Program-made: the position numbers and the translations under genes
Shown here: positions 61,039-64,000 of the stretch, piece after piece
Numbering within the stretch: the stretch's first letter is position 1
Layout of the letters: every line of letters begins with the position of its first letter
Assembly (NCBI GenBank): GCA_976551045.1
Contig: CDPCPM010000479.1
Span: forward strand, 62,001 to 126,000
DNA from: Glaucostegus cemiculus
Taxonomy: Eukaryota
Direction: 5' to 3'
Length of the DNA stretch: 64,000 nucleotides
Notes under the pieces: generated by a model
Databases searched by the model: none
Told to the model about the DNA's origin: nothing
The model's input: the letters and a program-made list of their open reading frames with translations, nothing else

Positions 61039-61521
61039 TCTGCCCATGACCGCAAGAAACTGTAGAGAGTTGTGGACACAGCTCAGCAACCTCCCCTCCA
61101 TGGACTCTCTCTACACTTCTCGCTGCCTCAGTAAAGCAACTAACATAATCAAAGACCTCACCCACCCTGGACATTCTCTCTTCTCCCCTCTCCCATCGGG
61201 CAGAAGGTACAAAAGCCTGAAAGTACGGACCACCAGACTCAAGGACAGCTTCTTCCCTGCTATTATAGGACTATTGAACGGTCCCCTAGTACAATAAGAT
61301 GGACTCTTGAGCTCACAATCTACCTCATTATGGTCTTGCACCTTATTGTCTGCCTGCACTGCACTTTCTCTGTAACATTTTATTCTGCATTCTGTTATTG
61401 TTTTTCCTTGTACTACCCCAATGCACTGTTGCAATGAAATGAGCTGTATGGATGGCATGCAAAAGAAAGCTTTACACTGTACCTCGGTACATGTGACAAT
61501 AATAAACCAGTTTACCAATTT
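61039..61521 (+). mobile_element. Rex1/Babar-clade LINE, ORF end plus 3' UTR (within the CFAP77 intron)
   Basis: LPSMDSLYTSRCLSKATNIIKDLTHPGHSLFSPLPSGRRYKSLKVRTTRLKDSFFP is the typical Rex1 C-terminus. Confidence 0.9.
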
Positions 61522-62005
61522 ATTCAGGCCAATGAACGACTGTCCATGGCCAATGCTCCTGGTATTCTGCAGATTCCCCAGTTAAATACACCAGCTGAAT
61601 GGTGCCTTCATTGCCAAGGTAAATTATTATCAATGCCCTTCTGCAATAATGCTCTTGGAACCAGAATATGGTCCTGGAGAACTGAGTCCTGATGAAAAGA
61701 AATCACCTGTGGAAACTCTTATTGTGACTTCTTCCTAATGTTGTTGATAAGCCAGTAAATGACCAGGTTAGCTTTTTGGTAGTTTACCTGTGTGGATATT
61801 CTTCCACTTAGTCACATAGGTCCCAAGGTCATAATGGTGCTGCACTGTTTTTGTTTGCATCATTTTGCCAAGACCTATAGGTTGGGTGTATTCAGGGGCT
61901 CAACTGGTACTCTCTGTGAGAAAGAGTGAAATGAATTGGTTTGGCACTGTTGTCCACTTCAGGAAGAAGCCAAAGTGGACATCATTCTGTCCAAGAGTAA
62001 GACAG

Positions 62006-62120
62006 TGCAGATGCTGCAAGTCTGAAATTAAAACAGAAATGCTGGAAGTACATACCGGGACAAGCATCAGCTGTGGAAAGAAACACGTTAATGTTTCGGA
62101 TCAATGATCGTTCATCAGAA
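62006..62120 (-). mobile_element. Short interspersed repeat, probably derived from a Penelope-like element, with a hammerhead-like core
   Basis: Minus strand reads CTGATGA-ACGATCATTGATCC-GAAAC, then the family body ccacag...ccagcatttctgttttaatttcaga...gcatctgca. Confidence 0.6.
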
Positions 62121-63211
62121 TTCATTTAATGCTGCTGACAATGGCACTTGAAAAATCCTTGATCGTGTAAAGAATTAATAAAACGTACAGGACACAAACA
62201 GCCCTATCATCTCAATTGTTTTTTGTTGGAGTTTATGTTTAATGCAGGCCTCCTCTATATTTTGCCAGAAATCCTTATTGAATTTATTATTCATATATAT
62301 TTATGTTACTAATTTTAACTCCCCATGGCTAGAAACACTTTATCTACATCTACTGTATCAAACCTCTTCATAATTTAAAAGATCTCTAATGGGTTATATC
62401 CCTTAATCTTCCCTTTTCATGAGAAAAATGCCCAGCCTGATGGTTATAACTGATTTATAATTGACCAATAATACGTGAAACAGTTGACAAAGAGTTTTAC
62501 AGCTTAGAATGCTTGAAGAACCAGAACAGTGAGGCAACTTTTATCTTTCAGTTGCTGGTATTTCTTTTTCTTAATTTTGCAAATCTCTGGAAACTCTGAA
62601 TAACTATAATCTCCGAAGCACAGAAGTGTCATTCTCCTGTCTCCAACATTTAGTTTGGAATTCCAATGAATCCATGATTATAATAAGTGTAAGAAAGCTA
62701 GAAGTTTCCATCCACCCTTGACAATTCAAGGAATTCAGAAACTATCCATGAGAATATTGACAAGAGTTTAGAAAACTTTAGATCTTCATTGCTAAAACTG
62801 TGGAATTTGTATTTTTATCCTTGCAAGTTTAAAAACCCTTGTCACATTTAAAAATACATGGCTAGGCACATGAAGTGTTGCAGTCAACAGGATACAGACC
62901 AACAGCTGGAAAGTAGGATAAGTTTGTAGTCCATCAGAGTCTATGGTTGATATGGAAAAGATGGAATAAATAGCCATCTTCCATGTGGTAAATTTCCAAA
63001 TTTTATGAAAAGGAAATTATATCAAATGTTCCACCATTTGTAATAAACAGTAAAGAACATGGGGAAGAAAGGTTAAGTTAGTCTCAGTAGAATTTTCACA
63101 AATAAGTGTTGTCAGTGGATGATTAAAAATAAAAGCATCCAATGTGAATATTCAGAATTGGGAGAAAGAAAGAATACACAGTGAAATTTTTAAAAATGTA
63201 ATGCAAAAATT

Positions 63212-63405
63212 TGCAGCTGTTGGATATCTGAAATAAAATAGAAAATGCTTGAAATACACAGCAGTTAATATTTCAGGTTGAAGACCTGCATTCAGATCCC
63301 TTTCTTTCCCTGTTCTGACAAAGGGTCTTTAACCTGCAATATTACGTCTCTTTCCACAGACGCTGCCTGACCTGCTGAGTGTTTCCAGCGATTTTCTGCA
63401 TTTAT
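63212..63405. mobile_element. Palindromic copy of the same repeat family (two inverted arms)
   Basis: 63266-63286 matches the reverse complement of 63324-63344 at 19 of 21 positions; 63240-63264 pairs with 63372-63397. Confidence 0.7.
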
Positions 63406-64000
63406 ATAATGCTGTACAATCTCTGGATACTCTAAGGTGCTTTATAGCCAAATAGAGTTCTTTTTAACTGAAGTCATTGTTGCAGTGTTGGAGTTAATTT
63501 CGAATTGAATGAGGAAACTTATCTGAAATATAAAGTATCCAGTAAAATTTGGACCCAGTTACTGAGATACTCCAAACTGGCTCTTACTCATTTTCCGGTC
63601 CTTTTGTGACATCGTCCAAATGATGCTGCTAGAACAATTGTCCTCGGCTATTCAGGTTGCAGCAGTAACAGGACTGACAGATTGAATAGCCAGCGAGAAG
63701 ACATTACACCTTGTTTGCAATCACTAATTGCATTCTTCTGTTGTGTTCCCACCACCCACCCACCAAAGGCAGAAGGAGTTCAGTCACAGACCGCTGATAA
63801 TCCAGCATGGTCCATCATACAGAAAAACAAACAAAAGGAAAAATTATCAACAATTCTCAAGAGCTGCTGACAACTTGTTAAAAATAATCACACCCACAAA
63901 ACCTATTATAGTTACAGTCTTGTTCAGCAAGTGGTCCAGATTTGTGTCAGAAAACGTCACAAACACAGAGCCACTCTTATCACCAGTATTCCCTGCTGTG

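Noticed and set aside
60300-64000. Penultimate CFAP77 exon (expected to end in a ...LWHMPHFQK-like peptide)
   Set aside because: No matching peptide with a donor site was found; it presumably lies beyond the window.

Overview
Vertebrate genomic DNA, most likely from a cartilaginous fish (ray or shark), judged from its repeats: HE1-like V-SINEs, CR1/HER1, L2, Rex1 and RTE LINEs. It has three N-gaps. Three genes are readable by manual splicing. (1) The last two coding exons of DDX31 (+; 2070-2253 and 22638-22788) are split by a 20.4 kb terminal intron. (2) The complete three-exon homeobox gene BARHL1 (-; 43514-43064, 38606-38384, 33865-33574) encodes 321 aa. (3) The terminal coding exon of CFAP77 lies at 60212-60090 (-). 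This is the CFAP77-BARHL1-DDX31 order and orientation known from human 9q34. BARHL1 sits in a CpG-rich domain of about 25 kb, has a near-consensus REST/RE1 site and a 3-codon uORF in its leader, and is surrounded by repeat-free, motif-dense blocks that look like conserved enhancers. I found no new protein-coding system. The best leads are non-coding: palindromic repeats carrying decayed hammerhead-ribozyme cores, an internally duplicated Otx-site module in BARHL1 intron 1, and a TATA/forkhead/splice-donor element that may start an unannotated divergent transcript. Gene and repeat identities come from remembered family sequences, not database searches, and repeat boundaries are approximate.
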